From Candidatus Bathyarchaeota archaeon (GTDB lineage Archaea; Thermoproteota; Bathyarchaeia; Bathyarchaeales; Bathycorpusculaceae), in assembly GCA_963828195.1 (NCBI GenBank), contig CAWHDT010000005.1:704001-768000 (forward strand): a DNA stretch of 64,000 nucleotides, read 5' to 3'. Shown here piece after piece: positions 17,891 through 28,194 of this stretch. A model generated the notes under the pieces. It was given only the letters and a program-made list of their open reading frames with translations, had not been told where the DNA came from and ran no database searches. The stretch's first letter is position 1. Each line of letters opens with the position of its first letter. A program made the translations under genes and the position numbers.

Positions 17891-18943
17891 CTAAGATTTT
17901 TGGGGTTTGTAAATGCAGTAGGGTTCTTCCTCTAAGTAGTCTTTGCGTATGGATAATGCCCTTGCACGGCAACCGCCGCACAACGTCTTATATTCACATA
18001 TGCCGCATTTTCCTTTCAGCGATTCGTGATTCCGCAACTGAACAAACAAGGGCGCTTCTTGATAGATTTGCTTAAACTTTTGTTGCCGAATGTCACCAGC
18101 CGAAATCGGCAGGAAACCGCACCCGAAAACTTCCCCTATGTGAGAGATAAAGCAGAAACCATTGCCCGCCATGCAGCCTCTGCCGCCTATCTCGGGCTGG
18201 TTGGGTTCCTTTTGGTGCTGAGCGATAACTCTCATGTATTGTGGTGCACAGGTCATTTTGATTGGGATAGGTGATGTGAGGCTTGCTTTGTAGATTGATT
18301 GTAGGGCTTCTTCGTATTGTTGTGGTGTTATCTCCATTGTTACTTTTCCGCGACCCGTCGGCACAAGCATGAAGACGTCCCATTCACGAGCGCCATTTTC
18401 AGCTGCTACCTTTTGAATGTTGAAGAGGTCACTGAGGTTATGCTGGGTTACTGTGGTGTTGATGCGGAAAGCAAATCCGCTTTGACGAGCCAACGCCATG
18501 TTTTTCATTGCCAAATTGAAAGCGCCGGGCACCTGCCTAAAATTATCATGCACTTCGGAGTTAGAACCGTCGAGGCTAAGTGAAATCATTTTTACGCCTC
18601 CTGCCTTCATTTTTTCAAAGGTGTCTGCAGAAAGGTTGCTTCCGCTTGGGGACATAACCACTCTTAAGCCTAAACTGGAAGCGTGTGAGGCTACTTCAAA
18701 GATGTCTTTTCTCTGAAGAGGGTCACCGCCGCTTACAATAAAAACGGGTTTACAGAACTCAGCGATCTGCTCCACTAAATCAAATGCTTCATGGGTTGTT
18801 AGCTGTCTTGGATCTGCCGCTTTTTGGGCTTCAGCTCTACAGTGGACGCAGGCAAAATTGCAAGCCCGCGTGGATTCCCAAGCAACAACTCGAGGTGCAA
18901 CATCGCGGCTTTCAGATGAGTGCGATTTGTGAGCTCCGCTCAT
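17891..18943 (-). CDS. ahbD: radical SAM/SPASM heme b synthase AhbD-like
   Basis: VVAWESTRACNFACVHCRA, LVPTGRG, KMTCAP, GCMAG and the SPASM motif CGICEY..LCGGCRARA. Lies in the ahb cluster. Confidence 0.8.
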   Translation of the reverse strand: MSGAHKSHSSESRDVAPRVVAWESTRACNFACVHCRAEAQKAADPRQLTTHEAFDLVEQIAEFCKPVFIVSGGDPLQRKDIFEVASHASSLGLRVVMSPSGSNLSADTFEKMKAGGVKMISLSLDGSNSEVHDNFRQVPGAFNLAMKNMALARQSGFAFRINTTVTQHNLSDLFNIQKVAAENGAREWDVFMLVPTGRGKVTMEITPQQYEEALQSIYKASLTSPIPIKMTCAPQYMRVIAQHQKEPNQPEIGGRGCMAGNGFCFISHIGEVFGCGFLPISAGDIRQQKFKQIYQEAPLFVQLRNHESLKGKCGICEYKTLCGGCRARALSIRKDYLEEEPYCIYKPQKS

Positions 18944-18955
18944 TCAGGTGCCCTC

Positions 18956-20104
18956 TTACTGGGGTCTTATTTCCTGCGGCGTTAAGTAGCAAGCAGGATC
19001 AGGCGCCCATACGTCGCTGTAAACCGCTTCCGCTCTGACTCTGAGGTTGCCGTTGCAGATGTCAAGAAACTGGCATTCGGCGCATTTTCCGTGGAGGTGA
19101 ATTTTGCGGTTTCTGAGAGCATGCAGCAGAGGTTCAGAGTTGTCTGCCCAGATTTGGCTGAATCTACGTGTTCTGATGTTGCCCAGAGAGTAATGTTGCC
19201 AGAATTGATCGGGATGCACGTACCCATTGAAATCAACACAGGCTATCCCAGTGCCGGAGCTGTTTCCGCCGTTTATCTTTAGAAGCCTGAGCGCTTCGGC
19301 GGCTTTTTTCGGGTCCTTTTCTTTGAGTTTAAGGTAAAGATAAGCTGCATCAGCATGATTGTCAACAGTTAAGATTTCCGTGCCTAACTCTTTCTTGTGG
19401 AAATCCTCGGCTTTCTCTAAAACATAATCCATGAACTCTCTTGTCTGTTCATGCGTAAGATCGTCCTTTGTTATTCCGGTTCCCCGCCCCACATAGGCCA
19501 AGTGGTAGAGGCAGACCCTGGGGATTCCTTCAGCCTCAATGAGTTCGAATATTTCTGGAAGATCCTTAAAGTTGTAGTTGGTGACGGTGAAGCGTAACCC
19601 TGTTTTGACACCTGCTTTACGGCAGTTCCGCATTCCTTGAACTGCTAACTCGAAGGCTTCTTCTTTGCCTCTGAACTTGTTGTTGGTTTCGCCTATGCCG
19701 TCTAAACTGATTCCTACGTAGGAGAAACCCGCGTTTTTTAATTGCTCAGCCACTGTTTCTGTGATGAGAGTGCCGTTTGTAGATAAGACTGGTCTTAAGC
19801 CTGCTTCAGAGGCAAACTGCGCAACTTCAAAAAGGTCACGCCTTAGAAGGGGTTCGCCGCCAGAAAAAAGCAACACCTTAACACCGAAATCTGCCACGTC
19901 TTTTACGAAAACTTTGGCTTCTTCAGTGGTTAATTCGTTGGGGTATATTTTGTTCTCGGATTTTGAGTAGCAGTGTTTGCAGTTGAGGTTGCAGCGTTGG
20001 GTGGAATTCCAGACAACAACTGGTTTTTGGTGAGTTGCCTCGCCATACCGTAACTGGTCCATTGAGCCTGGAGTGCCGCACCAGAGTTTGGTGATGTTAA
20101 TCAA
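18956..20104 (-). CDS. ahbC: radical SAM Fe-coproporphyrin synthase AhbC (NirJ1-like)
   Basis: KPVVVWN.T.RCNLNCKHCY, YHLAYVGRG, LTVDNHAD, NGGNSSG, HPDQFW and CNGNLRVRA. Confidence 0.85.
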   Translation of the reverse strand: MINITKLWCGTPGSMDQLRYGEATHQKPVVVWNSTQRCNLNCKHCYSKSENKIYPNELTTEEAKVFVKDVADFGVKVLLFSGGEPLLRRDLFEVAQFASEAGLRPVLSTNGTLITETVAEQLKNAGFSYVGISLDGIGETNNKFRGKEEAFELAVQGMRNCRKAGVKTGLRFTVTNYNFKDLPEIFELIEAEGIPRVCLYHLAYVGRGTGITKDDLTHEQTREFMDYVLEKAEDFHKKELGTEILTVDNHADAAYLYLKLKEKDPKKAAEALRLLKINGGNSSGTGIACVDFNGYVHPDQFWQHYSLGNIRTRRFSQIWADNSEPLLHALRNRKIHLHGKCAECQFLDICNGNLRVRAEAVYSDVWAPDPACYLTPQEIRPQ

Positions 20105-20628
20105 GGATTATTCATCTCCTGAAAAATTTTAGGATGCATTGAGGCATTTGCGTTAAGCCCAGAGGAGCTATTGACGCCTATGTCTCGCTTTAGATCTCGG
20201 GTACTATACAGTATTTTATATTCGTTTATTGCGATTTGACCTGAGATTTCCTCAACCATACGTTGAACAACTTCCCGCTCTTTTCCATGGATAACCGTGT
20301 AGAGATTGAAGTTCCATCGTCCATCGACGGGTTTGCGTTCGTAGCAATGCGAGATTTCCTGGTATTTTGATAAATAATCTCCGATTTCTTGAACGCGGCT
20401 TTCAGGAACCTTCCAAGCAACAAGGGCATTTGCCGAAAAACCAACGCTTTTAGGTTTTAGCGAGGCTCCAAACCGCCGGATCATGCCTTTCTCTTTAAGA
20501 TTACGCAAGCGTAGGACCACTTCCTCCGGTTCAATTCCCAACTGTTGGGCAATTTCACTGAAGGGCTCTGCGGTCAAAGGTATGCCTTTTGCCATGCCAG
20601 CTAAAATTTTGCGGTGAATTTCATCCAT
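20101..20628 (-). CDS. ahbB: siroheme decarboxylase subunit AhbB (NirH-like)
   Basis: GIPLTAEPF, IRRFGA, ISHCYER and NLYTVIHG. Confidence 0.85.
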   Translation of the reverse strand: MDEIHRKILAGMAKGIPLTAEPFSEIAQQLGIEPEEVVLRLRNLKEKGMIRRFGASLKPKSVGFSANALVAWKVPESRVQEIGDYLSKYQEISHCYERKPVDGRWNFNLYTVIHGKEREVVQRMVEEISGQIAINEYKILYSTRDLKRDIGVNSSSGLNANASMHPKIFQEMNNP

Positions 20629-20653
20629 TTTTCATTCATCTCAAAAGTTCTGC

Positions 20654-21181
20654 TCATGTCAATTGGAAATGCACATTTATCTTAAAACGCCTAAGGGTTG
20701 GCAAGTCAAGAACATCTGGGTCTTTCATGCCTGTTTTCTGCTTGATCTCATCCAGCACCGCATTCACTTCGCCACGGCTTGAAGCAGCAAGAGTAAACCA
20801 CACGTTATATTCGTCTTCACGTTCGTAATTGTGGGAAACGTTGTCGTATCCGTTTATGACGCGGGCAACATCATTCACTTTGTGTTTGGGAACCTTCAAC
20901 GCAACTAAAGTAGCGACTTTTAACCCGATTCTTGAAGAATCAAAAACTGGACCAATCTTCACGATGGCGCCTGATTCAACAAGCCGCTTTAAACGCGACA
21001 TAACTTCAGCTTCGCTTATGCTGATTCTGCGGCTTATTACAAGCCAGGGTTCCTGCACGAGGGGGAAGTCATCTTGAATTATCTGCAAAATTGTTCTGTC
21101 CGTTTCGTCGAGATTCACAGACGCTGACATTGTAGAATCGTCACTTTTCTCGTATTTATTCTGACTTGTGTTCTTTTTCAC
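20654..21181 (-). CDS. ahbA: siroheme decarboxylase subunit AhbA (NirD-like)
   Basis: QDDFPL, VSHNYER, YNVWFTL and LPTLRRFKINVHF. Confidence 0.85.
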   Translation of the reverse strand: MKKNTSQNKYEKSDDSTMSASVNLDETDRTILQIIQDDFPLVQEPWLVISRRISISEAEVMSRLKRLVESGAIVKIGPVFDSSRIGLKVATLVALKVPKHKVNDVARVINGYDNVSHNYEREDEYNVWFTLAASSRGEVNAVLDEIKQKTGMKDPDVLDLPTLRRFKINVHFQLT

Positions 21182-21342
21182 GGTTTCACCTAAAGCTTGG
21201 CTTTTAGAGCGGTTACTTATCCCTAGGCGGCTCTTGCTAGGTAAGTTGACGTTGCATATCGTATTAACCTTGCGGAAAAAATAGAATTAAGCATTAATTC
21301 TTGCTGATTCCGCAAAAGACAAGTTTTGTTAAGCTAAAAAAA

Positions 21343-21786
21343 TCACAGCAACACGATGCTGGGATCAAACTTCAAAAATCTCGTCGTGACTGACACCCGA
21401 GCGTCTTTTACACCTGGAATAAGCTTGGTTTGTTTAATCAAGTTATTAAGGTGCTCCATGTCCCTTGCGACAATCACCGAAACCACGTCGTATTCACCTG
21501 TACTTTGAAACAAGTACTGCGTTTCGCTAAATGAAACCAATTGTTTGCAGGCTTCTTCCAAATGTGCTGGATCAATTTTAAGCAGGATTGCTCCGCTTAC
21601 TTTCATGCCGACTTTGGCTGGATCAAGCAAGGCTGCAAATCGAGTTATGACGCCGTTGCTTACAAGCCTGTTGACTCGAAATCTAACTGTGGCTTCGGCG
21701 ACGTCTAGTTCACGGCTAAGATCAGCAAAGGAAAGCCGGGCATTGAATTGCAGCTGCTTAAGTATCCGCTTATCTAAATCGTCCAA
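21343..21786 (-). CDS. Lrp/AsnC family transcriptional regulator
   Basis: MDDLDKRIL...NARLSF HTH and TGEYD motif. Confidence 0.9.
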   Translation of the reverse strand: MDDLDKRILKQLQFNARLSFADLSRELDVAEATVRFRVNRLVSNGVITRFAALLDPAKVGMKVSGAILLKIDPAHLEEACKQLVSFSETQYLFQSTGEYDVVSVIVARDMEHLNNLIKQTKLIPGVKDARVSVTTRFLKFDPSIVLL

Positions 21787-21865
21787 GCCTCTCTGAAGCC
21801 TCCAGTTAACCCTGTACTTTATGACAAAGATGCTTTAAGAAACTTTTCTTCAAAATTCCTGAGCA

Positions 21866-23137
21866 CTATTTCTTCTGCCATCGAATTCTTTGGCGTATGG
21901 CACGGAAGGCTAAACCAACCGCGAGAATCGCCAGACCAATTATAACATATTCTGGCGGAAGCAGAAAAGCTAATCCTAAGCAGCCTATAAGCCCAGCTAC
22001 TGCAAAGGCACGTGGAAAACGACGCTGATCGCCGCTTAACTTGAGTGCTGACACGTTGGTTATGGAGTAGTAAAGCAGGGTTCCGAAACTGGACACTGCA
22101 ACCGCCGTTTCTAAGGGGGCAAAAGCCGCAACTACAAGCGTGATAGCACCCACAAAAACTACGCTTCTCCACGGGTTCTTGTCCCCACCCATTTTCGCCA
22201 AGCCTTTGGGTAAATCGCTTTCTCTGCCCATCGCAAAAGCAACCCGCGAGACACCTAAAAGATCCGAAAGTCCCTCGTTAAAGGTTGTTAGCAAAGCACC
22301 CCCGGCAACTAAAGCCACGCCAAAGCCGGCTCCAACCGCAATCATCATGGCTTCCAGAGGAGAAGATGATCTGGCAACTCCCGATGCCCCTAAGACTGCA
22401 ATTGCGGTTCCAGCCACAAACAAGTAGAGCAAAGCAACTGTCCCCAGCGCTATCATGGAGGCTTTGGGGATGGTTTTTTCTGGGTTCTTCACTTCTTCCA
22501 CCAGCGTCGCGATTCGGCTGTATCCGGTGTAGGCGAAGAAAAGCAGTCCAGTCGCGCGGAGAACGCCGATTACGCCTCCGGGTGCAAAGGGCGTAAAGTT
22601 AGATAGATGAGCTGAGGGCAACCCGATTATGGCAACTGCAAGCAATGAAGCAATCGATATGAGGACAATTACGCTTGTTACATGCACTGATCTGCGGATG
22701 CCCCAAGCGTCAAGCAAAATTATAACTGCAGCAATGCCGATCGCCGCCGTGCGCATGGGAATCGCTGGCCATACAGCGCTAAGGTAACTGCCAAATGCCA
22801 AAGCACTCACGCCGGGCCCCACGGTGTTTGCAACCAGAAACATCCAGCCCGCGATAAAGCCCCATCTTTCCCCAAGCATGCGGCGTCCAAACTCGTAAGT
22901 GCCTCCTGACCGAGGAAACACTGCCGCTAACTGGACAGAAGAGAGCGCGTTGCATAGCGCCACAAACGCTGCAATGCCAAAAGAAACAAGTATAGCTGGT
23001 CCAGCCAGACCTGCAGCGGGAGCTATTACTGCGAATATGCCTGCGCCAAGAATTGCAGCGAGACCAGTAGCTACAGCCTCAAACAGAGAAAGTTGCGGTT
23101 TCAGCGAATCATCTTGTTTTTTACCCACAAAAACCAA
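21866..23137 (-). CDS. APC-family amino acid/polyamine permease
   Basis: ILGAGIF, PRSGGTY and FFAYTGY...EEVKNP motifs. Confidence 0.9.
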   Translation of the reverse strand: MVFVGKKQDDSLKPQLSLFEAVATGLAAILGAGIFAVIAPAAGLAGPAILVSFGIAAFVALCNALSSVQLAAVFPRSGGTYEFGRRMLGERWGFIAGWMFLVANTVGPGVSALAFGSYLSAVWPAIPMRTAAIGIAAVIILLDAWGIRRSVHVTSVIVLISIASLLAVAIIGLPSAHLSNFTPFAPGGVIGVLRATGLLFFAYTGYSRIATLVEEVKNPEKTIPKASMIALGTVALLYLFVAGTAIAVLGASGVARSSSPLEAMMIAVGAGFGVALVAGGALLTTFNEGLSDLLGVSRVAFAMGRESDLPKGLAKMGGDKNPWRSVVFVGAITLVVAAFAPLETAVAVSSFGTLLYYSITNVSALKLSGDQRRFPRAFAVAGLIGCLGLAFLLPPEYVIIGLAILAVGLAFRAIRQRIRWQKK

Positions 23138-23320
23138 TCATAATATGGGTAACCTTGAAATTAAAAGTTCCTAAATAAAATATATATCCAGCTACACTCT
23201 GCAAGCTGGAACGCAGAAAATTCGACGATTGACCAAAAATTTTTGCCATCCGTCATGGCTTTTCAGTTTCGGTTCAGAAAAGTTATTACGACCAACATCG
23301 TTGTTGCATTAGGAAACATC

Positions 23321-24241
23321 ATGAATTCCTCCCACGTTACAAAGGCGTCTGAATCGGCTGCGGAACAGAGAAGAAAAATCGTACGCATCGGGCTTATTCA
23401 GTCAGCGGTTTCAGATAGCATAGCCGATAACATGAAAAAGACAGTGGAGAGAATAGAAGAGGCTTCAAGTAAAGGGGCACAAATTGTTTGCCTCCAAGAA
23501 CTCTACCGAACCAAGTATTTTCCGCAAGAAGAAAAACAGGATGTCCGCAACTTGGCAGAAACGATTCCAGGAGAATCCACAAAAGCGTTCTCTGTACTCG
23601 CGAAAAAAAACAAGATAGTTGTAATTGCCCCTATTTTTGAAAAAGCCCCAAACGGAAAATACTATAATTCAGCCGTCATCATTGATGCTGACGGCGAAAT
23701 TCTGGGTTCCTACCGCAAATCTCACGTACCTAATGACCCCATGTTTTATGAAAAAAACTATTTTTCCGCCGGAGACTCAGGCTACAGTGTACATAGAACT
23801 CGATATGCTTCCGTGGGAGTTCTTGTCTGTTATGACCAATGGTTTCCTGAACCTGCCAGAATCAACGCTTTGAAAGGTGCAGAAATCATTTTCTACCCCA
23901 CAGCGATCGGCTGGATCAAAGGGGTTTCTTCTTCTGACGGGGACTGGCATGATGCTTGGAAAACTGTGCAGCGTGCCAACGCCATAATGAATGGAGTTCA
24001 TGTTGCTGCTGTGAATAGAGTGGGTGAAGAGGGGCAGCTGAGGTTTTGGGGCGGTTCATTCGTATGTGACTCCTTTGGCAAGGTGCTTAAGGAAGCCAGC
24101 TACGCCAGCGAGGAAGTACTGGTTGTTAAGGCTGATTTGAGTAAAAATAAAGATATCCAAGAAGGATGGGGCTTCCTTAAAAATCGGCGACCAGACACTT
24201 ACAAGCAGCTAACCGAAAATAATTCAGGGACCCAGCAATGA
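23321..24241 (+). CDS. aguB: N-carbamoylputrescine amidohydrolase (nitrilase family)
   Basis: E-K-C triad (LQEL, YRKSHVP, VCYDQWFPE). YPTAIGW motif. Overlaps aguA (ATGA). Confidence 0.85.
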   Translation: MNSSHVTKASESAAEQRRKIVRIGLIQSAVSDSIADNMKKTVERIEEASSKGAQIVCLQELYRTKYFPQEEKQDVRNLAETIPGESTKAFSVLAKKNKIVVIAPIFEKAPNGKYYNSAVIIDADGEILGSYRKSHVPNDPMFYEKNYFSAGDSGYSVHRTRYASVGVLVCYDQWFPEPARINALKGAEIIFYPTAIGWIKGVSSSDGDWHDAWKTVQRANAIMNGVHVAAVNRVGEEGQLRFWGGSFVCDSFGKVLKEASYASEEVLVVKADLSKNKDIQEGWGFLKNRRPDTYKQLTENNSGTQQ

Positions 24242-25296
24242 AGAACGAAAAAATTTTAAACAAGACCCCACGCGAACTGGGCTACTGCATGCCGCCTGAA
24301 TGGTGTAAACATGAAGCAATCTGGTTAGCTTGGCCCCATGACCCCACAACCTTCACGTCGGGCGTTGAGAAAGTTGAAGCAACATACGTTCAAATTGTCA
24401 AATTGATCCATAAAGACGAATACGTTAACCTCTTTGTAAAAGACTCAGAAATGAAGGAAAAGATAACGGGTTTGTTCGAGAACGCTAACATTGATTTAAA
24501 GAGAATACGTTTTTTTGAATTTGACTACGCTGACGTGTGGTTTCGGGATTATGGCCCAATCTTTGTGTTGAATGGGGAGCAAAAGTTAGCGATGGTGCGT
24601 TGGATTTTTAATTCCTGGGGAGAAAAATATGAGGAACTGTTAAAAGACGCACGGATCCCCCAAATCATGAACGAAGCAATGCGTTTGAACTGTTTCGAGC
24701 CAGGCATCGTATTGGAAGGCGGCTCAATAGACGTTAATGGAAAAGGAACCCTCCTGACTACTGAGCAATGCCTGCTGAACAAGAACAGAAATGTCAACCT
24801 AAAAAAAGAAAAAATCGAGAAATTCCTGCAAGACTACCTTGGAGTAAATCATATCATCTGGCTGAAATGCGGCATAGTCGGAGATGACACAGACGGCCAC
24901 GTGGACGATCTTGCGCGGTTTGTTAACCCCACAACCGTGGTGTGCGCTTATGAAGAAGGAAACGACGAGAACGCAGAAGCCTTAAGAAAAAACTATGAAA
25001 TACTGTGCCAATCCACCGATCAAGACGGAAAAAAACTAAAAATCGTCAAGCTGCCAATGCCTGGGAAAGTCGAGTGCAACAAAAAAAGGCTCCCTGCAAG
25101 CTACACAAACTTTTACATAGGAAACAAAACCATTCTGGTCCCAACTTTTGAATCAGAAAACGACAAACCAGCGTTATGTATTTTGCAAGAGCTGTTCCCG
25201 AAAAGAAAAGTTGTAGGCGTAGACTGTGTTGACTTGATATGCGGGTTTGGGGCAATTCACTGCATCTCACAGCAGCAGCCAAGCGGGAAATTGTAA
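24238..25296 (+). CDS. aguA: agmatine deiminase
   Basis: MPPEW, WFRDYGP, LEGGSI, DDTDGHVD, ASYTNF and GAIHCISQQQP. Confidence 0.92.
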   Translation: MKNEKILNKTPRELGYCMPPEWCKHEAIWLAWPHDPTTFTSGVEKVEATYVQIVKLIHKDEYVNLFVKDSEMKEKITGLFENANIDLKRIRFFEFDYADVWFRDYGPIFVLNGEQKLAMVRWIFNSWGEKYEELLKDARIPQIMNEAMRLNCFEPGIVLEGGSIDVNGKGTLLTTEQCLLNKNRNVNLKKEKIEKFLQDYLGVNHIIWLKCGIVGDDTDGHVDDLARFVNPTTVVCAYEEGNDENAEALRKNYEILCQSTDQDGKKLKIVKLPMPGKVECNKKRLPASYTNFYIGNKTILVPTFESENDKPALCILQELFPKRKVVGVDCVDLICGFGAIHCISQQQPSGKL

Positions 25297-25390
25297 GCAT
25301 CATCGATACACGATGCTTCAGATTTAAAAGTTATTTTCTTAATGTTTAGGGCATTTTAGATTCTGAGTTATGAGAGGCGGAATTTCGGCT

Positions 25391-25885
25391 TTAGAAGTGG
25401 TTTAGAACAAAATCCATCAAACGTTTATGTTTTACTAAAATGTCCACTAAGGCTCTTGTGGCTTTGACAATCTGCACATCGAGCAGTCGGGAAGCGGCGA
25501 GTGTAAATATAAAGGAGAATATTCCCAAGGGAATTTCTATGATAAGGTTTAAGGTGTGGAAAATCAGCAAGAAAAGAAGAGTGGGAAAAATGCCAAGTAT
25601 ACCCATTATGAATGAGCGTATAATGAAATATAGCCTTTGATGCCACACAGACTGCAGAAGCGCTTCTACAAGTGCCTTTTTTCCCACGTTCCGTTCGGCA
25701 TCTGTGGCTGCTTCGTTTGCATGCTGAAGCAAAGTTTTCGCAGTAGGCATATCTGTCAAATGCAGAATCTTTATCATTTCATCAGATCCCGCAAGCTCTA
25801 CCGAGCTTTTGCTCTCAACTTCATTCATGATCTTCTGAGTCAAACTATCGAATTCTTGGTCGTCGCTCATTGAGGTTGAAGCCAT
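25391..25885 (-). CDS. hypothetical membrane protein
   Basis: 164 aa with two C-terminal TM segments. Confidence 0.6.
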   Translation of the reverse strand: MASTSMSDDQEFDSLTQKIMNEVESKSSVELAGSDEMIKILHLTDMPTAKTLLQHANEAATDAERNVGKKALVEALLQSVWHQRLYFIIRSFIMGILGIFPTLLFLLIFHTLNLIIEIPLGIFSFIFTLAASRLLDVQIVKATRALVDILVKHKRLMDFVLNHF

Positions 25886-26074
25886 AACAAAAACCAGCTT
25901 AAAACTTGAATTATTTAGTTAGTTAATAACTTCTTTGAGTCTCTTTGAGTCTTAATAAGTTTTGATTTCTGAAAGCGGGCGGCTTGAAAATCAAAGTCAG
26001 CCCTTGCGTTTTCCCCATGTTGCCTTTTGAGTACAGTTGAGCGAGATATTTGGACGCGTTAGGTAATTGAGCTG

Positions 26075-27502
26075 TTATTGCTTGGTTGCAACGTATGGTT
26101 TGACCATTCTCTTCGGATCAACGATGCGTTCGAATTCGGCCTCCGTAACGTAGCCAAGTTTCAACGCTGCTTCCTTCAACGTAATGTCATTGCTCATCGC
26201 GCAATGCGCAATTTCAGACGCTTTATCGTAGCCAATAACCGGCACAAGCGCCGTAACAAGCATCAGTGAACGGTCCACGTACTCTTTGATTTTCTTGAGG
26301 TTCGGCTGGGTTCCCTCGACGAGGTACTTACGGAAGTTTGTGCAGCCGTCAGCCAAAATAGTGATTGACTGCGACACGTTGAAAATTATTAGAGGTTTGT
26401 AAACGTTCATTTCAAGGTAGCCACCAGCGCCTCCGAAGCCGACGGCAACATCGTTTGCCATTACCTGAACAGCTATCATCGTCAATGCTTCAGCCTGAGT
26501 CGGATTTACCTTTCCCGGCATAATTGATGAGCCCGGCTCGTTCTCGGGAATTATCAGCTCGGCGAAGCCTGCCCGCGGACCACAAGACATCAGCCGAATG
26601 TCGTTAGCTATCTTGTATAATGACCCAGCCAACGTACGCAACGTACCCGAGAGCTGCACCAAATCATCATGCGCACCCTGCACAGCAAACTTGTTCGGCG
26701 CACTTACAAACGGCAACCCCGTAAGCTTCGCTATTTCAGCGGCAGCCGATTCACCGAAGCCCGGCGCAGAATTAACGCCTGTCCCAACTGCTGTACCACC
26801 CAGTGCGAGGCGGTAAACACCCTGCAGAGCATTCTCAATTCGCCGGAGGTTGTCCCCAAGCATCCCCGCATATCCAGACCATTCCTGACCAAGCGTGATT
26901 GGGGTAGCATCCTGCATGTGAGTTCTGCCTATCTTGATTATGTCTTTCCACTGCACCGCCTTCGTTTCAATCGCGTCGTGAAGTTCTTTAACCGCTGGAA
27001 CCAGTTTTTCCTTCACATTAACTGCTGCCGCGATGCACATGGCAGATGGAAACGTGTCGTTTGACGACTGCGACATGTTGACGTGGTCGTTGGGGTGAAC
27101 TGGTGTCTTGCTTCCAAGAGGAGTGCCGGCGAGCTGGCAACAACGATTAGAAATAACTTCATTCACGTTCATGTTGAACTGTGTGCCGCTTCCGGTCATC
27201 CATACGTGCAGTGGAAACATGTCGTGATGTTGGCCTGCGAGGATTTCGTCGCAGACTTGAACGATAAGTTTGTGACGCGTGCTGTCGAGTCGCCCTTCCG
27301 AGCGATTCACGTTCGCTGCAGCTTTCTTCAGGACAGCGTAAGCTGTAATCATTTCGGCTGGGATTAGGTCCTTGCCGATGCTGAAGTACTCAAGTGAACG
27401 TTGGGTTTGAGCACCCCACAGCTTATCAGCGGGAACATCTACTTCGCCCAGACTATCTGTTTCCTTGCGAAAACCCGTCACCTGTTTTCTTTCTCCAGTC
27501 AT
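26075..27502 (-). CDS. fumC: class II fumarate hydratase
   Basis: [13 protein letters not shown] signature, [15 protein letters not shown] and GRTHMQDA. Confidence 0.95.
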   Translation of the reverse strand: MTGERKQVTGFRKETDSLGEVDVPADKLWGAQTQRSLEYFSIGKDLIPAEMITAYAVLKKAAANVNRSEGRLDSTRHKLIVQVCDEILAGQHHDMFPLHVWMTGSGTQFNMNVNEVISNRCCQLAGTPLGSKTPVHPNDHVNMSQSSNDTFPSAMCIAAAVNVKEKLVPAVKELHDAIETKAVQWKDIIKIGRTHMQDATPITLGQEWSGYAGMLGDNLRRIENALQGVYRLALGGTAVGTGVNSAPGFGESAAAEIAKLTGLPFVSAPNKFAVQGAHDDLVQLSGTLRTLAGSLYKIANDIRLMSCGPRAGFAELIIPENEPGSSIMPGKVNPTQAEALTMIAVQVMANDVAVGFGGAGGYLEMNVYKPLIIFNVSQSITILADGCTNFRKYLVEGTQPNLKKIKEYVDRSLMLVTALVPVIGYDKASEIAHCAMSNDITLKEAALKLGYVTEAEFERIVDPKRMVKPYVATKQ

Positions 27503-27659
27503 ATTTCAATACAAAGCCAGAGACCCTTATATGGCTATAAAGTTCCAGACTTTTTTGTTACCCCAATTGATTTAAACCCAATAGGTTCGGTTCAAAAAAT
27601 GGGACAGAAGAAGTTCTTAGTCTGCAGCTTTTTTAGGGACAAATCTCAAAGTAAAGGGT

Positions 27660-28091
27660 ATGGCTGCGAATAAAAAGAGGATAGTTTTGAATTGGAAAGG
27701 AAAGTTTCGTTTCGAAGCCAAAACCGAGACTGGACTCACAGTGAACTTCGACGCACCTGCAAAAAACGGCGGAGAAGATACAGCCCCCACACCAATGGAA
27801 ACGCTCTTGGCGAGTTTGGCTGCATGTACCAGCTTTGATGTGGTCAGTATTTTGAAAAAGAAAAGACAAAACATCTCAGGTTACTCCGTTGAAACCGAAG
27901 CTGAAAGAACGGAAGGTCCCCCGGTTGTTTTCACCAGAATTCACATAAAATACATCGTTAAAGGAAAAGACATCAGTAAAGACGCCGTTGAACGAGCCAT
28001 CCAACTCTCACTGGAAAAATACTGTTCGGTCGGAGCGATGCTTAAAAAAACGGTGGAAATCACCAGCTCTTACGAGATAACACAGGAATAA
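27660..28091 (+). CDS. OsmC/YhfA family protein
   Basis: PTPMETLLASLAACT...KYCSV. Confidence 0.9.
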   Translation: MAANKKRIVLNWKGKFRFEAKTETGLTVNFDAPAKNGGEDTAPTPMETLLASLAACTSFDVVSILKKKRQNISGYSVETEAERTEGPPVVFTRIHIKYIVKGKDISKDAVERAIQLSLEKYCSVGAMLKKTVEITSSYEITQE

Positions 28092-28194
28092 TATGAAGCT
28101 AAACTTTCCCAATTTTGAGGGTCTGCCGGATGGGTTTTGGATAGATTTAACTGTCACGGTTTGCTCCTTTTTTGTGGTTTTGGAGATGTTTTAA

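Noticed and set aside
25932-25951. TCTTTGAGTC x2 tandem repeat
   Set aside because: Two 10-bp copies only, consistent with a slippage duplication.
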